Both the position numbers and the translations under genes were made by a program. Below, piece after piece: positions 18,247 to 28,028 of a DNA stretch of 64,000 nt. The stretch lies in assembly GCA_964431835.1 (NCBI GenBank), contig CAYSKO010000003.1, positions 53,132-117,131 on the forward strand, given 5' to 3'. The notes under the pieces are model-generated. The model was not told where the DNA came from and made no database searches. It saw only the letters and a list, made by a program, of their open reading frames with translations. How positions within the stretch are numbered: position 1 is the first letter of the stretch; each line of letters starts with the position of its first letter. Source of the DNA: an uncultured Planctomycetia bacterium. GTDB taxonomy: Bacteria; Omnitrophota; Gorgyraeia; 2-02-FULL-51-18.

Positions 18247-20719
18247 CGCGGGTTCTTTCGCGGGATTCTTTTTCGATCTCCCGCCGGCCGGTCTTGGGAT
18301 CCGTCCGCATCACCCACGCACGGGACGAAAGCGGAAGGCCGTCCAAGCTCGGTGCGTCCTCCTCGGGGACGTGGATGTCGACGACGAGGGGCCAGTGGTC
18401 TGACGATTGCCGGTCGAGCGAAGTCGTGGGGACGCGGATGCCGGTCACTTGGATGCGCGGGCCGACGAACACGTGGTCGATCCGCCCGAGCCCCATCCAC
18501 GTGTTCTGCGGACGGTGCGCGTTGAGATGAAGCTGCGTGTCGCGCAAAACCGAACCGATCTTGCGGTAAGCCGGAGACGTCGGCAGCGCATTAAAATCGC
18601 CGCACAGGACGACCGGCCCCGAACACGCCGAATTCGCGAGCCAGTCGGCGCCGGAGAGCGCCTCCGCCTGGAGCAAACGCTCGGCGGGCCAAATGCTCAG
18701 GTGGGAATTGATAAGCTGTAGCTTGGTGAACCCGATGTCGATCGCGACCCACATAGCCCCGCGCGGCTCGAGATCTTTGCGCAGCTGCGGAAGCGGCGCG
18801 ACTTTCACGAGGTACATCGGGAAACGCGAGAGGATCGCGTTTCCGTACTGGCCGTCCTCGATGAGGAAGGTCGGGTGGAAATGAAACGTCATGTCGAGCC
18901 GCCGGGCGATCTGTTCGACTTGGTCCACGCAGCCCGAGCGCGAGCGGCCGACGTCGAGCTCTTGTAGCGTGACGACGTCGGCGTCGTGCCGCGCGATCAC
19001 GCGCGCGATACGTTCGGGCGAGCATTTTCCGTCGAGGCCCACGCAGCCGTGCACGTTGTATGTCATGATCCGGACGGTACGGAGCGACGCAGGGCGGAAC
19101 GCGCGTTTCACGCGGCCGTCCGAGCGGCCGAGCACGCGGAGCGCGGCTTCCCGGATATGCGCGGGCCGGAGATAGGGCTTTTCGAGCGGCGGGAGTGGCG
19201 CGTCCGACGTCAAAAGCGCGAAGCCGTGCGTCTCCTGCGGTCCCGCCCCGGCGTGGCTGCCGTGTTCGAGCGGGAAACTGGACGACTGCGCTCCGTGACG
19301 CCAGCCGAGAATGATGAAGTCGCCTGCGTCGGGGTGATGAGCGAGAGCGGCGACGTCCCGCGCGGCTTCTTCGAGAAAAGGATGATCTGGTCCGAGGAGC
19401 CGCGCGGCATCGGCGGGCAAAGAAAAACGGCCGTCTTCGGTCCATACGAGCGCTTCTTCAGGCCGGCTCGGCAGCATCACCGCGGGCACGCCCAGACGAG
19501 CGGGCATCTCGGACGCGAAGCGTTCTTTGTCGCACGCGTCCATCTCGCCCGGCACGTAGACGTGCGCGATCGGACCCATCGCGGTCACGATCACGCGCGA
19601 AGGGGTCAGGCTTTCGTCGGCCGGCTCTTCCCCCGGGCGCGAGTCGAGCGCGTGCGACTCGAGAAGACCGGCCCCGGATTCCCAATGCGAAAGAGGCCCC
19701 GGATCGTCCGAATGGACGCGCTTGCCGAAAAATTCCGCGACCGCGGCCTCGAGCGAGCGACCGTTCTTCTGCGTATAGGAGTGGGCGTTTTCCTGGCCGT
19801 GATCGGAATAAACCCAAACGTCGTAATGGCGCTGCGCCGAGCGGTGGGCCGATCTCCACACGCGCCCGATCGCGTCGTCGATGCCGCGGAGCGACCAATG
19901 CGCGAACTTGGAAGTGGGCCCGCGCCGGTGCGACTGCTCGTCGTACCCGAGAAGATTCAAATGAATGACCGGCAGGCCGCGCGCGACGTCGATCGTCGCG
20001 CCTGCGATCACGAGCTCCCGCAGAAGCACGCAGACCGCCACGCGTGTCGGGACGAATTCGAGCTCCTTCCAAAAACGTTTACCCGCGAACGTTCCGCGTA
20101 CGCAGTCGATCGTGGCAAGGACGAACTCGATCACCATGAGAATCGCGGTGCGCAAGAGAATGTCGAAATAAAGCACCATCAGAATCGGAAGGACGAGCGG
20201 ATTCGGAGCGCAGAAAAGGGCCTTCCAGCCGATTTTCGCCGCGCAGAAGCGCGCGTCTTTCGCTCCCCCGGTGAACACGTTCGAATAGGAGCTGCCTTCG
20301 GCGAGGAGACCGGGAGCAACCTTCTCGAGTCGCCGTTCGACTTCGCTTGCCGACGCGGTGTCGTACATTTTGAATATGCGGCCGCTTTTTCGGTCGAGGT
20401 AGCTGAAGGCGGGCACGCAACTTTTGACGCCGTAGAAGATTTCCCCCTGGACGGAGGGCGTGTTGGAAGGCATGCCGGAATAATGGGAGTGGAGCGTGTA
20501 GTTTTCGTGATCGACGAGCCGCTTGAGGAACGGCATATCGTGCGCAGAGAGAGCGCGCGTCAGCTGCGGGCGGGAAAGACCGTCGATCTGGACCATGACG
20601 AGGCCCGGCGTCGTCGGCGAAGCGTTCGCGCGGGAAAGACCGAGAAGACGAATGGCCCACTCGCTCCGGCTGAAGACGCGACGGAACACCCGGACGACCC
20701 GGCTCAGTTTAAATACCAT
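18242..20719 (-). CDS. Fusion of an alkaline-phosphatase-superfamily domain and an endonuclease/exonuclease/phosphatase (EEP) domain
   Basis: QIDGLS, PSNTP, YDEQSH, SDHG, GSHAG; then MTYNVH, LQE, GDFN, IDH, SDH. Confidence 0.85.
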   Translation of the reverse strand: MVFKLSRVVRVFRRVFSRSEWAIRLLGLSRANASPTTPGLVMVQIDGLSRPQLTRALSAHDMPFLKRLVDHENYTLHSHYSGMPSNTPSVQGEIFYGVKSCVPAFSYLDRKSGRIFKMYDTASASEVERRLEKVAPGLLAEGSSYSNVFTGGAKDARFCAAKIGWKALFCAPNPLVLPILMVLYFDILLRTAILMVIEFVLATIDCVRGTFAGKRFWKELEFVPTRVAVCVLLRELVIAGATIDVARGLPVIHLNLLGYDEQSHRRGPTSKFAHWSLRGIDDAIGRVWRSAHRSAQRHYDVWVYSDHGQENAHSYTQKNGRSLEAAVAEFFGKRVHSDDPGPLSHWESGAGLLESHALDSRPGEEPADESLTPSRVIVTAMGPIAHVYVPGEMDACDKERFASEMPARLGVPAVMLPSRPEEALVWTEDGRFSLPADAARLLGPDHPFLEEAARDVAALAHHPDAGDFIILGWRHGAQSSSFPLEHGSHAGAGPQETHGFALLTSDAPLPPLEKPYLRPAHIREAALRVLGRSDGRVKRAFRPASLRTVRIMTYNVHGCVGLDGKCSPERIARVIARHDADVVTLQELDVGRSRSGCVDQVEQIARRLDMTFHFHPTFLIEDGQYGNAILSRFPMYLVKVAPLPQLRKDLEPRGAMWVAIDIGFTKLQLINSHLSIWPAERLLQAEALSGADWLANSACSGPVVLCGDFNALPTSPAYRKIGSVLRDTQLHLNAHRPQNTWMGLGRIDHVFVGPRIQVTGIRVPTTSLDRQSSDHWPLVVDIHVPEEDAPSLDGLPLSSRAWVMRTDPKTGRREIEKESRERTRD

Positions 20720-20846
20720 CGGGACCGAACGGACCGCGGCGCCAGGACCACGCGATGGCCGCGCCGAGATAACCTATGACCGCGAACGCATACAGGCAGA
20801 GAAAAAGACTGAATACTTCTTCGGGGCGGAGCGGATAGAGGTTCAT
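20709..20846 (-). CDS. 45-aa single-TM peptide (not in ORF track)
   Basis: MNLYPLRPEEVFSLFLCLYAFAVIGYLGAAIAWSWRRGPFGPDGI; GAGGAGG upstream; stop overlaps the start of the EEP fusion gene. Confidence 0.55.
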   Translation of the reverse strand: MNLYPLRPEEVFSLFLCLYAFAVIGYLGAAIAWSWRRGPFGPDGI

Positions 20847-20955
20847 GGGGTTGGCGGTCCTCCTCAGAACCGGTCGGGAATGACTCGGGCTTAACGTTTT
20901 TTTAAAGCGGGGCGAAACCCTCCGTAGACCCCCGGATCGATCCTGCCCAGAGAAC

Positions 20956-21010
20956 GTTATAGCGCGGACGTAATTAAAGAGGCCTTAAATTAAGATTAGA
21001 AGTTTTTAAC
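20956..21010 (-). promoter_or_regulatory. Shared stress promoter, copy C
   Basis: TTATA at 20957; TTA at 20974, 20985, 20996, 21006. An extra TTAA-N7-TTAA lies at 20891-20905. Confidence 0.75.
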
Positions 21011-21149
21011 CCTGTCGGTGACTCCGATTGGAGCCACGAGCGAGCACTTCCACGCTCTAGGGAAATTCGCGTTCATCGCGATCTTGTTGCGGGAGTAAAG
21101 CCGCGCGTCGCGGCACTTTTGGAAAGCGAGGCGGGGGATTTGGGCGCCC

Positions 21150-22442
21150 TCAGACGACGACCGCCTCCGTGCTTTCTTTTTTTGCGAGCGATTCCTTCGT
21201 CGCCTTCCCGATGTTCTTGAAGATTTTCCATTCGGCTTTCAGGACGCGCATTGTCGTGGCCCACTTCCCGCCTGCGGCGTCGGTGCGGCGTCGGGACCGG
21301 CGCGTGAGACGCGAATACACTTCGAGCGCCTTGGCTGCGGAGCGCGGCATGGAATATTCGGCGGCGGTCTTAAGACACGCCTCCCGGAGGGCTGAGCGGG
21401 CCTCGGGCGAAAGATCCGCCGCCCATTCGAGCGCGCCCGCGAAGGTCTCTTCGTCTTCCGCCGGAAGGAGCCGGCCGCTCGTCAGGTCCACGACGATGTC
21501 ACGGACGCCGCAGGCGTCGACCGCGACGACAGGGACACCCGCCGAGAACGCTTCCGCGAGGACTAGGCCCTGCGTCTCGCTCTGCGACGCGAACGCGAAC
21601 ACGTCGATCGCGTGGTAGGCGTCGACGAGCGCCTGGTCCTTCACGATGCCGATGGCATGCACTCGGTCCGAAACCCCCGCTTCATCGAAAATCGCGTGGA
21701 CCGCGTCTTCCGAAGGCCCTTTGCCCGCCAGAAGGAAATGCGCTTCGGTGCGTTTTTTTAGGAACCGGGCGACGGCGCGCGCGGTGAACTCGAGATTTTT
21801 TTCCGGGGCGAGGCGTCCGATGTGCCCCACGACGAACGCGCCGGAGGGGATCCCCGCGCTCCGGCGGCACTCTTCGCGGTTGCCCGAAGCGAAGCGCTCG
21901 ACGTCGATCCCCGTCGGAACCACGTCGATGGGGCTTTCCACGCCGCGTTCGCGCAGCATGTGCATGACGGACGCGCTGGGCGCGATCACGTGGTCGGCGA
22001 GATTGGAATAGCCGACCGCCAGCTCCACCACGAAGCGCGTCAGACGCTCGGATTCGCCATGGGTGACGTAATGCATGTTCTGCTCGAAGAGGGTGTGGTG
22101 TGTGAAAACGAGCGGCACTTTGTGTTTATGGGCCACGCGCAGCGCGGTGGCGCCCATGAGAAAAGGGTGGTGCGAATGAACCACTTCCGGACGAAACTCT
22201 CCGAGCGCCTCGGCCAGCACGACCGGCACCGGAAATTTGAGCGAAAAGGGCGTACCGTGGACGTTCTTCATCGAAGGCACGCGGATGACTCCGCGCTCTT
22301 CGCCGTCCGTGCCCTCGAAAGCGGGCGCGACCACGACGACGTTGTGGCCGTAACGGCGGTATTCCTCGGTGAAAGCCTCGATGGATTTTTCCAAGCCGCC
22401 CACGATCGGCTTGTAGGTATTGGTCATCATGAGAATGTTCAC
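21150..22442 (-). CDS. Glycosyltransferase family 4 (diacylglycerol glucosyltransferase-like)
   Basis: GTG start overlapping upstream stop; NTYKPIVGG, HSHHPF, GRLAPEKN, SETQGLVLAEA. Confidence 0.88.
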   Translation of the reverse strand: MNILMMTNTYKPIVGGLEKSIEAFTEEYRRYGHNVVVVAPAFEGTDGEERGVIRVPSMKNVHGTPFSLKFPVPVVLAEALGEFRPEVVHSHHPFLMGATALRVAHKHKVPLVFTHHTLFEQNMHYVTHGESERLTRFVVELAVGYSNLADHVIAPSASVMHMLRERGVESPIDVVPTGIDVERFASGNREECRRSAGIPSGAFVVGHIGRLAPEKNLEFTARAVARFLKKRTEAHFLLAGKGPSEDAVHAIFDEAGVSDRVHAIGIVKDQALVDAYHAIDVFAFASQSETQGLVLAEAFSAGVPVVAVDACGVRDIVVDLTSGRLLPAEDEETFAGALEWAADLSPEARSALREACLKTAAEYSMPRSAAKALEVYSRLTRRSRRRTDAAGGKWATTMRVLKAEWKIFKNIGKATKESLAKKESTEAVVV

Positions 22443-24718
22443 CGAGCGCCTCCGAGCGGGTTGACTAATACGGAACCCGCGGACGTGCGGGCCGTCGCGG
22501 GAACGAAACCGGGCAGGCGAATCGCGATCTCCGGCCCTTCGCCACGCCACTGTCCGCTCCAAGTGACCCGCATGCCTCCGTTTTCTGGACGGAGTTCGAC
22601 CGAAACGGGGCCCCACGTGGTCGCCGTTTCTCCGAAGGACATCGGCTCGCCCGACGCGGTCCACTCCGGGGGAATCCCCGCGGCGATCACGAGCCTGTTT
22701 TCGGCCTCTTCTTCACGAACGAACATGTTACGGAGCATGAGAACCCATTCGGCTGCGGCCCAAACGTGCTGGCCATCCCCCATGCAGCCGCCTTTCGTCT
22801 GCGGGTGGACGGCCTCGGGCCACTGCCCCGTGGGCGACGCCAGGCGAGCGATGGCCTGCGTGAGATCGAAATGACGCGGGTCGCCCGCCCGCAGGAGGAT
22901 CTGCGCCACGTGGAGGGTGAGGTAGGGATTGATTCCGGAATGGCTGATCTGCTGGAAGAAGCCGCCTTCCACGAAGTAATCGCGCATGAGAAAATTCGCC
23001 GTGTCCGTCAGCCGGGGGTCGGCCGGCTTCCAAAGCTGGAGTGGGTAACCGCCCGCGATCGAACCGATCGAACCCGCGTCGAGGCGGCGGTACGGCGACG
23101 CCGGCACCGCCGCAGTGCCGGGAAAAGTCGCCGACGCGACGCTGCGGTCGACGCACGCTGAGAAATCGGCGGATTCGCGCCGGAAGACGGCCGCGTCGCC
23201 GGAGGCGCCGTACCGGTCGCAAAGCCACGCCGCCGCCTCGAGTCCCGCGATCGACCAGAAATCGTCCCAATAGTAAAAATCGTTGGGCCCCAAATGTTCC
23301 GCGCTGAATCCCGCGGGCATGAGTCCGGCGTGGCCTTTGCCGGAATCGGAGGCCAGACGTTTACGGACGATCCATTTGCCGGCTCTCAAGATCGAGTTCT
23401 TCCAAGCGGCCTTCGGGTCTTTTCCGGTCAGCTCGCACCAGCGGCGCATGGTCCAGAGCGCCTCTCCATTCGAATCCCACTCCCCTTCCTGCGAGAGGAA
23501 ATAACCGAACGGCGTTTGCCGGGAGGGAAAGCGATCGATCACCCGTTCCGCGCGGTGCGCGAGCCCCACGCAGATGAGCGCGTGGAGGATAAACGCGGCG
23601 TCCCGGAACCAGAAACGTTTGTAGGTGTAGGGACCGGGGTAAACATCGCCGGGCGAATGGAGAACGAGCGTGCGGATCGCCGCCTCGTAGAGAAAACGGA
23701 AATGCGCGTCCGGCACCACCAGCCGCGAGTGGCCCCGCAGGCTTTCCTCCCATTCCATCGGTTCGGGATCTTTCGGCGCGTGCTTGAGCGCCGACCGGAG
23801 CGCCGATTTCTTCGGGAGAGACGTGGAGGCGACGATCGTCCGCCGCTTGCCCGGTTCCAGACGGTAGAGCGCCGCGGCCGTCGCCATGCCGACGTCGCAT
23901 TTGACTTCACCCTCGCTTGCGGTGTCGTCCAGGCGCCGGGAGACGTCGCCGCGTTCGTAGCGCGAGAAGCGCAACCGTTCGGGCGCCTCGCTGAGCCGCA
24001 CGTAATTCTTCCCGTTCACCTTCCAGCCCGGCTGGTCTTCGGTCGAGGCGATGTGATGGATGAAGCTCACTCCTTCGGGGTTGTAGGGCCGAAGCGAAAC
24101 CACGAGCCACGCGGGCACGTCGGAAAGCGCTTCGTAACGCATGCGGCACACGGTCTCCCCGGCGGCGTGACCGACTTCCGCGCGGGCGAAAAGCTCGCGG
24201 CCGGCGGAGGCTGAACGCGTCTCCACGGAAAGCCCGTCTCCCATCGAAAGTTTTTGCTCGGCGTCGCGGACGCGCGCGGGAACCAGCGGAGCAGCTCCGT
24301 CCGGGAAAATCCACGCGTCCACCGACCAGCCGTCGAAAAGGGGCGTCACGAGACCCCGGGGATCGACGATCGGCATTTCGTCGCTGTCCGGAACGCCGAC
24401 GGCGGTCCAATTCCGGTGCGTGAGATTGATGTGGGTGACGTTGAAAGCGCGCGGCACGAAAGCCACGTCGTACGGGTCGAACTGGCGCTCGACCCAAAAC
24501 GGCCAGATCCAGTCCAGATTATGCTGAATCGCCTGGCTGTTCATGAGACCCCGGGCCTGGAGGACGGCGCCGGCGCGCAAAAGCTCGGTCGGGGCCATCA
24601 CTTCGCTGGGCTGGGAAAAACGCTGAAGGCTCGAAAGAAGCGAGATCGGGTCGAGGAAGCCCTGTGCGCGCGCCACGCGGCGCACGACAAACCTCCACGG
24701 AATCCATTTCATCCACAT
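22439..24718 (-). CDS. Putative six-hairpin (alpha/alpha)6 glycoside hydrolase-like protein
   Basis: PGPYTYKRFWFRDAA, GEWDSNG, SAEHLG, YWDDFW, WPEA, MGDGQH; family assignment is inferred. Confidence 0.6.
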   Translation of the reverse strand: MWMKWIPWRFVVRRVARAQGFLDPISLLSSLQRFSQPSEVMAPTELLRAGAVLQARGLMNSQAIQHNLDWIWPFWVERQFDPYDVAFVPRAFNVTHINLTHRNWTAVGVPDSDEMPIVDPRGLVTPLFDGWSVDAWIFPDGAAPLVPARVRDAEQKLSMGDGLSVETRSASAGRELFARAEVGHAAGETVCRMRYEALSDVPAWLVVSLRPYNPEGVSFIHHIASTEDQPGWKVNGKNYVRLSEAPERLRFSRYERGDVSRRLDDTASEGEVKCDVGMATAAALYRLEPGKRRTIVASTSLPKKSALRSALKHAPKDPEPMEWEESLRGHSRLVVPDAHFRFLYEAAIRTLVLHSPGDVYPGPYTYKRFWFRDAAFILHALICVGLAHRAERVIDRFPSRQTPFGYFLSQEGEWDSNGEALWTMRRWCELTGKDPKAAWKNSILRAGKWIVRKRLASDSGKGHAGLMPAGFSAEHLGPNDFYYWDDFWSIAGLEAAAWLCDRYGASGDAAVFRRESADFSACVDRSVASATFPGTAAVPASPYRRLDAGSIGSIAGGYPLQLWKPADPRLTDTANFLMRDYFVEGGFFQQISHSGINPYLTLHVAQILLRAGDPRHFDLTQAIARLASPTGQWPEAVHPQTKGGCMGDGQHVWAAAEWVLMLRNMFVREEEAENRLVIAAGIPPEWTASGEPMSFGETATTWGPVSVELRPENGGMRVTWSGQWRGEGPEIAIRLPGFVPATARTSAGSVLVNPLGGAR

Positions 24719-24780
24719 ACGTTTGGCGGCGTCCCTTCGGTCGGAGAGAGCTCTATTTTACCACGAAAGACGCGCGGAGG

Positions 24781-26310
24781 CTATTGCGGCGCGGGGACGT
24801 CTAGGGGCTTCAGATTCCGCGTCGCTGGGCCGGTAAGGACCGAGCCGTCGCACCCGAACCGCGACCCGTGGCACGGGCAGTCGAAGCTTTTCTCCGCGCC
24901 GTTCCACTGGACGACGCATCCCAGATGCGTGCACGTGGCGGAGAACACGCTCAGTTCGCCCGTTTCGTCCCGGAAAGCCGCGGCTTTGCCCGGTCCGCGG
25001 CGGAAAATGCCGCCTTCGCCGGGAGCGAGGTCTTCGGGGGAGTCCAGATCCTCCTTTTTCACGCGGTCGGCGGCGAATTGGGTGACGACGTTGAGGTTTT
25101 CCTCGAGGAAGGTCATCGCCGAGCGGACGTTCTTGCGCGTCGGCTCGTAGATATCCGCCCACGCGTTCTTCTTTCCGGCGATCAGGTCCGCCAAAAGCAC
25201 CGCGGCGAGCGTGCCGTACGTCATTCCGTTTCCCGAATAGCCCGTGGCGATGTAGATGCTGTCGTGATAGGGACTGCGGCCGATGAAAGCCAACGAATCG
25301 ACGGGCTCGATCACCTGACCCGACCATCGGTACTCCGCTTCCCCGGCCATCGGGTAACGGGCGCGCGTCCATTCGTCCAATTCGAGGAACGGGCGCTCGT
25401 AATCGTCGTTCTGCCCCGTCTTGTGATCGCGGCCGCCGACGATCAGGTAATCGGAGGTGGGTTCCCGGTGCACGCGCACGTAGTTGTACGGGTCGTCCGT
25501 GTCCCACGCCAGCACATCCGGGACCGAGTCCTTCGGAACGCGGTACGCGGTGGCGTACGTGCGGTACGCGGATTCCTTCAGGAAGAAAAGGACGTTTTTG
25601 ATCGGTGAATGCGTTGCGACGACGACCCTGTTGGCCGTGATCTTGAATCCGCCACGCGTCTGCACGCCGTCCGGCTCGACCCGCTCGACGAACGTGTCGG
25701 TGAAGATCGTCCCCTTTTGCCGGACGATCGCCTTCACGAGACCTTCGAGATAGCGCATCGGATGGAACGCCGCCTGGCGCGGAACGCGCAGCGTCGGACC
25801 CGTTTCGAAGAAAGGGTAAGGCCCGCTCGGGAGAAGCTCCGCCTCGAAACCTGCAGACCGTGCGCCGACCAGCTCTTTCTCGAGAATCTTCGAACCGTCT
25901 TCCGGATGCAGGAAAAGGTAGCCGTCGACCCGGCGAAAATCGCAGTCGATTTTTTCCTCGGCAACGATGGATTCGATCCGGTCGATCGCCTCGCACTGGC
26001 TCGCGGCCACCGCGCGCGCCGTCTCGGCGCCGTGCATCTTTTGGATCTCCGCGTAGCCGAAATCCAGAAACGCCGAAATATGCGCCGTCGTGCGGCCTGT
26101 CTCGCCGGAGCCCACCGCGCCGGAGTCCACCAAGGCCACGCGGTACCCTTCCTTCGAGAGAAGGTACGCGAGCGTCGTTCCGGTGATGCCGGCCCCGACG
26201 ACCACCACGTCGACGTCGATGTCGCGGTCGAGCGTTTCGAATCGAAGCGAAGGCGCGGTGGCGGTCCAAAGCGGTTCGAGATTCCCCGGCGTGCGGTTGG
26301 AGCGGATCAT
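24781..26310 (-). CDS. FAD-dependent oxidoreductase with C-terminal Rieske 2Fe-2S domain (YhfW-like)
   Basis: Start re-assigned to MIRSNRT; VVGAGITG, GETGRTTAH, CTHLGC, CPCHGS. Confidence 0.9.
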   Translation of the reverse strand: MIRSNRTPGNLEPLWTATAPSLRFETLDRDIDVDVVVVGAGITGTTLAYLLSKEGYRVALVDSGAVGSGETGRTTAHISAFLDFGYAEIQKMHGAETARAVAASQCEAIDRIESIVAEEKIDCDFRRVDGYLFLHPEDGSKILEKELVGARSAGFEAELLPSGPYPFFETGPTLRVPRQAAFHPMRYLEGLVKAIVRQKGTIFTDTFVERVEPDGVQTRGGFKITANRVVVATHSPIKNVLFFLKESAYRTYATAYRVPKDSVPDVLAWDTDDPYNYVRVHREPTSDYLIVGGRDHKTGQNDDYERPFLELDEWTRARYPMAGEAEYRWSGQVIEPVDSLAFIGRSPYHDSIYIATGYSGNGMTYGTLAAVLLADLIAGKKNAWADIYEPTRKNVRSAMTFLEENLNVVTQFAADRVKKEDLDSPEDLAPGEGGIFRRGPGKAAAFRDETGELSVFSATCTHLGCVVQWNGAEKSFDCPCHGSRFGCDGSVLTGPATRNLKPLDVPAPQ

Positions 26311-26321
26311 GGGACGGCCTC

Positions 26322-27467
26322 TTAAGTGACCGAAGGCGACTGCGCGTGCACGAGCGGCGGTTCGCGCTTCACCGGCGGACGGTCGATTTCCTGCGAAAGG
26401 TTCGGACGCTTGGCCCGGCTGAATTCCTCGAGCCGGACCGTCCGGCCGGTTTCCGCCGAGCGGTAGATCGCGCGGATAATGCGAACGTCGGCGAGGCCTT
26501 CGGCGCCCGAGGGTTCCGGATATTCCCCTTTTCGGATGCAATTCGAAAAATAGAGAAGCTCCGAAGCGAACTGGTCGTGCCGCTTGAACGTTTTTTTCAC
26601 GGTTTTTCCGCCGACGGTGAGCACGTGTCCCAGCTCCAGATCGTAACTGTACGCAGGTTCGACGCGCAACTTGCCCTTCGTACCGCAGATATCGTACGTC
26701 GAGAAGCCGGCGGCGCTGAAGCTGCACGTGAACGTCGCGATGCGGTCGCCGGGAAAGCGCAGGACCACGCCCGCCATCTCGTCGACCTCCCGGAAACGGG
26801 GATCGCCGGACGATTCGGTGAGCGCGGTCACCTCTAAAGGCTCCGCGCGGAAGACGTAACGCGCCGCGTTGATGCAGTAGACGCCGATGTCGTAGACGGT
26901 TCCGCCGCCGAGCGCCGCCTGCAGGCGGATGTCGCCCGGCTTCACGTTCATGGAGAACGCCGAATGGAAGAACCGGACCTCGCCGAGCCGGCCCGACCGG
27001 GCGATCTCGACGGCCTTCAGGTTCGCCTCCTCGAAATGGAGCCGATAGGCAACCATGAGGAAGACGCCGCTTTCGTCCGCGGCCTCGATCATGCTCCTGC
27101 ATTCCTCCTCGGTAACCGCCATCGGCTTCTCGCAGAGGACGTGAACGCCGGCACGCGCGGCACGCACTGCGTAATCGCAGTGCAGATTGTTCGGGAGCGC
27201 GATGTAGACCGCGTCGATCTTTCCGCTCCGCATCGCCTCGTCATACTCGTCGTACGAGTACGTCCGCACGCCGTAGCGGCGGCCGACCTTCTGGTTTTTG
27301 ACCGGATCGTCGGAGATAAGCGCGACGAGCTCCGAATTCTTGGAAGCGTGCTCGAACGCCGGAAGGACCGCCGCTTGGGCAATGTGGCCGATCCCCACCA
27401 CGGCGTAGCGGACGCGCCCGCTTCCTGCCTTGGCGCGGACTTTCGATTTGCGGGCGACGTCGATCAT
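26322..27467 (-). CDS. Gfo/Idh/MocA oxidoreductase (glucose-fructose oxidoreductase-like)
   Basis: YAVVGIG, HVLCEKPMA, GGG..YDIGVY. Confidence 0.9.
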   Translation of the reverse strand: MIDVARKSKVRAKAGSGRVRYAVVGIGHIAQAAVLPAFEHASKNSELVALISDDPVKNQKVGRRYGVRTYSYDEYDEAMRSGKIDAVYIALPNNLHCDYAVRAARAGVHVLCEKPMAVTEEECRSMIEAADESGVFLMVAYRLHFEEANLKAVEIARSGRLGEVRFFHSAFSMNVKPGDIRLQAALGGGTVYDIGVYCINAARYVFRAEPLEVTALTESSGDPRFREVDEMAGVVLRFPGDRIATFTCSFSAAGFSTYDICGTKGKLRVEPAYSYDLELGHVLTVGGKTVKKTFKRHDQFASELLYFSNCIRKGEYPEPSGAEGLADVRIIRAIYRSAETGRTVRLEEFSRAKRPNLSQEIDRPPVKREPPLVHAQSPSVT

Positions 27468-27910
27468 AACGGCCTCCGGACGCCTTTGGGGCGCGCGGGA
27501 CGAGAAACGTCCTCAAGAGTGGCGCCGGCCATGTCCGTGTCGCCGGTGTCCACCGCGAGATCGCCAAGCGAGACGATTCCAACGAGCCGCTGCTCTTTAT
27601 TCAAAACCACGAGGCGTCGGATCTGCTTCTCGCCCATCAGTTTTGCGGCCTCTTGCACGTCCTGGTCCTCGAATCCGTAAACGACGTCCGGGGTCACGAT
27701 CTCCCGTACCTTGGCGACATTGGGGTCCAGGCCTTCGGCGACGGCACGGATCGCGATGTCACGGTCCGTGATCATCCCGATGAGGCGGTGCCCCTCCAGG
27801 ACGGGCAACGGCCCCACGTCGAGCCGCTTCATTTTCTCGGCCGCTTCCTTGATCGTGGCGTCGGATTCGATCACTTCGACCTGTTTGGTCATCACGTCTT
27901 TAAGCAACAT
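27464..27910 (-). CDS. CBS-pair protein
   Basis: Start MLLKDVMT; GMITDRD, QIRRLVV, LVGIVSLGDL. Confidence 0.9.
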   Translation of the reverse strand: MLLKDVMTKQVEVIESDATIKEAAEKMKRLDVGPLPVLEGHRLIGMITDRDIAIRAVAEGLDPNVAKVREIVTPDVVYGFEDQDVQEAAKLMGEKQIRRLVVLNKEQRLVGIVSLGDLAVDTGDTDMAGATLEDVSRPARPKGVRRPL

Positions 27911-27973
27911 GGTTACCGGCCTTTCGTGGGGAGCGGTGCTTTGAGAGGCGGACGGAGTCCGTCCCTTCACTTG

Positions 27974-28028
27974 GTTATAGACCCCAAGTGATTAAAGACC
28001 GATTAAATTCCGATTAAAAAATTTTAAT
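27974..28028 (-). promoter_or_regulatory. Shared stress promoter, copy D
   Basis: TTATA at 27975; TTA at 27992, 28003, 28014, 28024. Confidence 0.75.
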
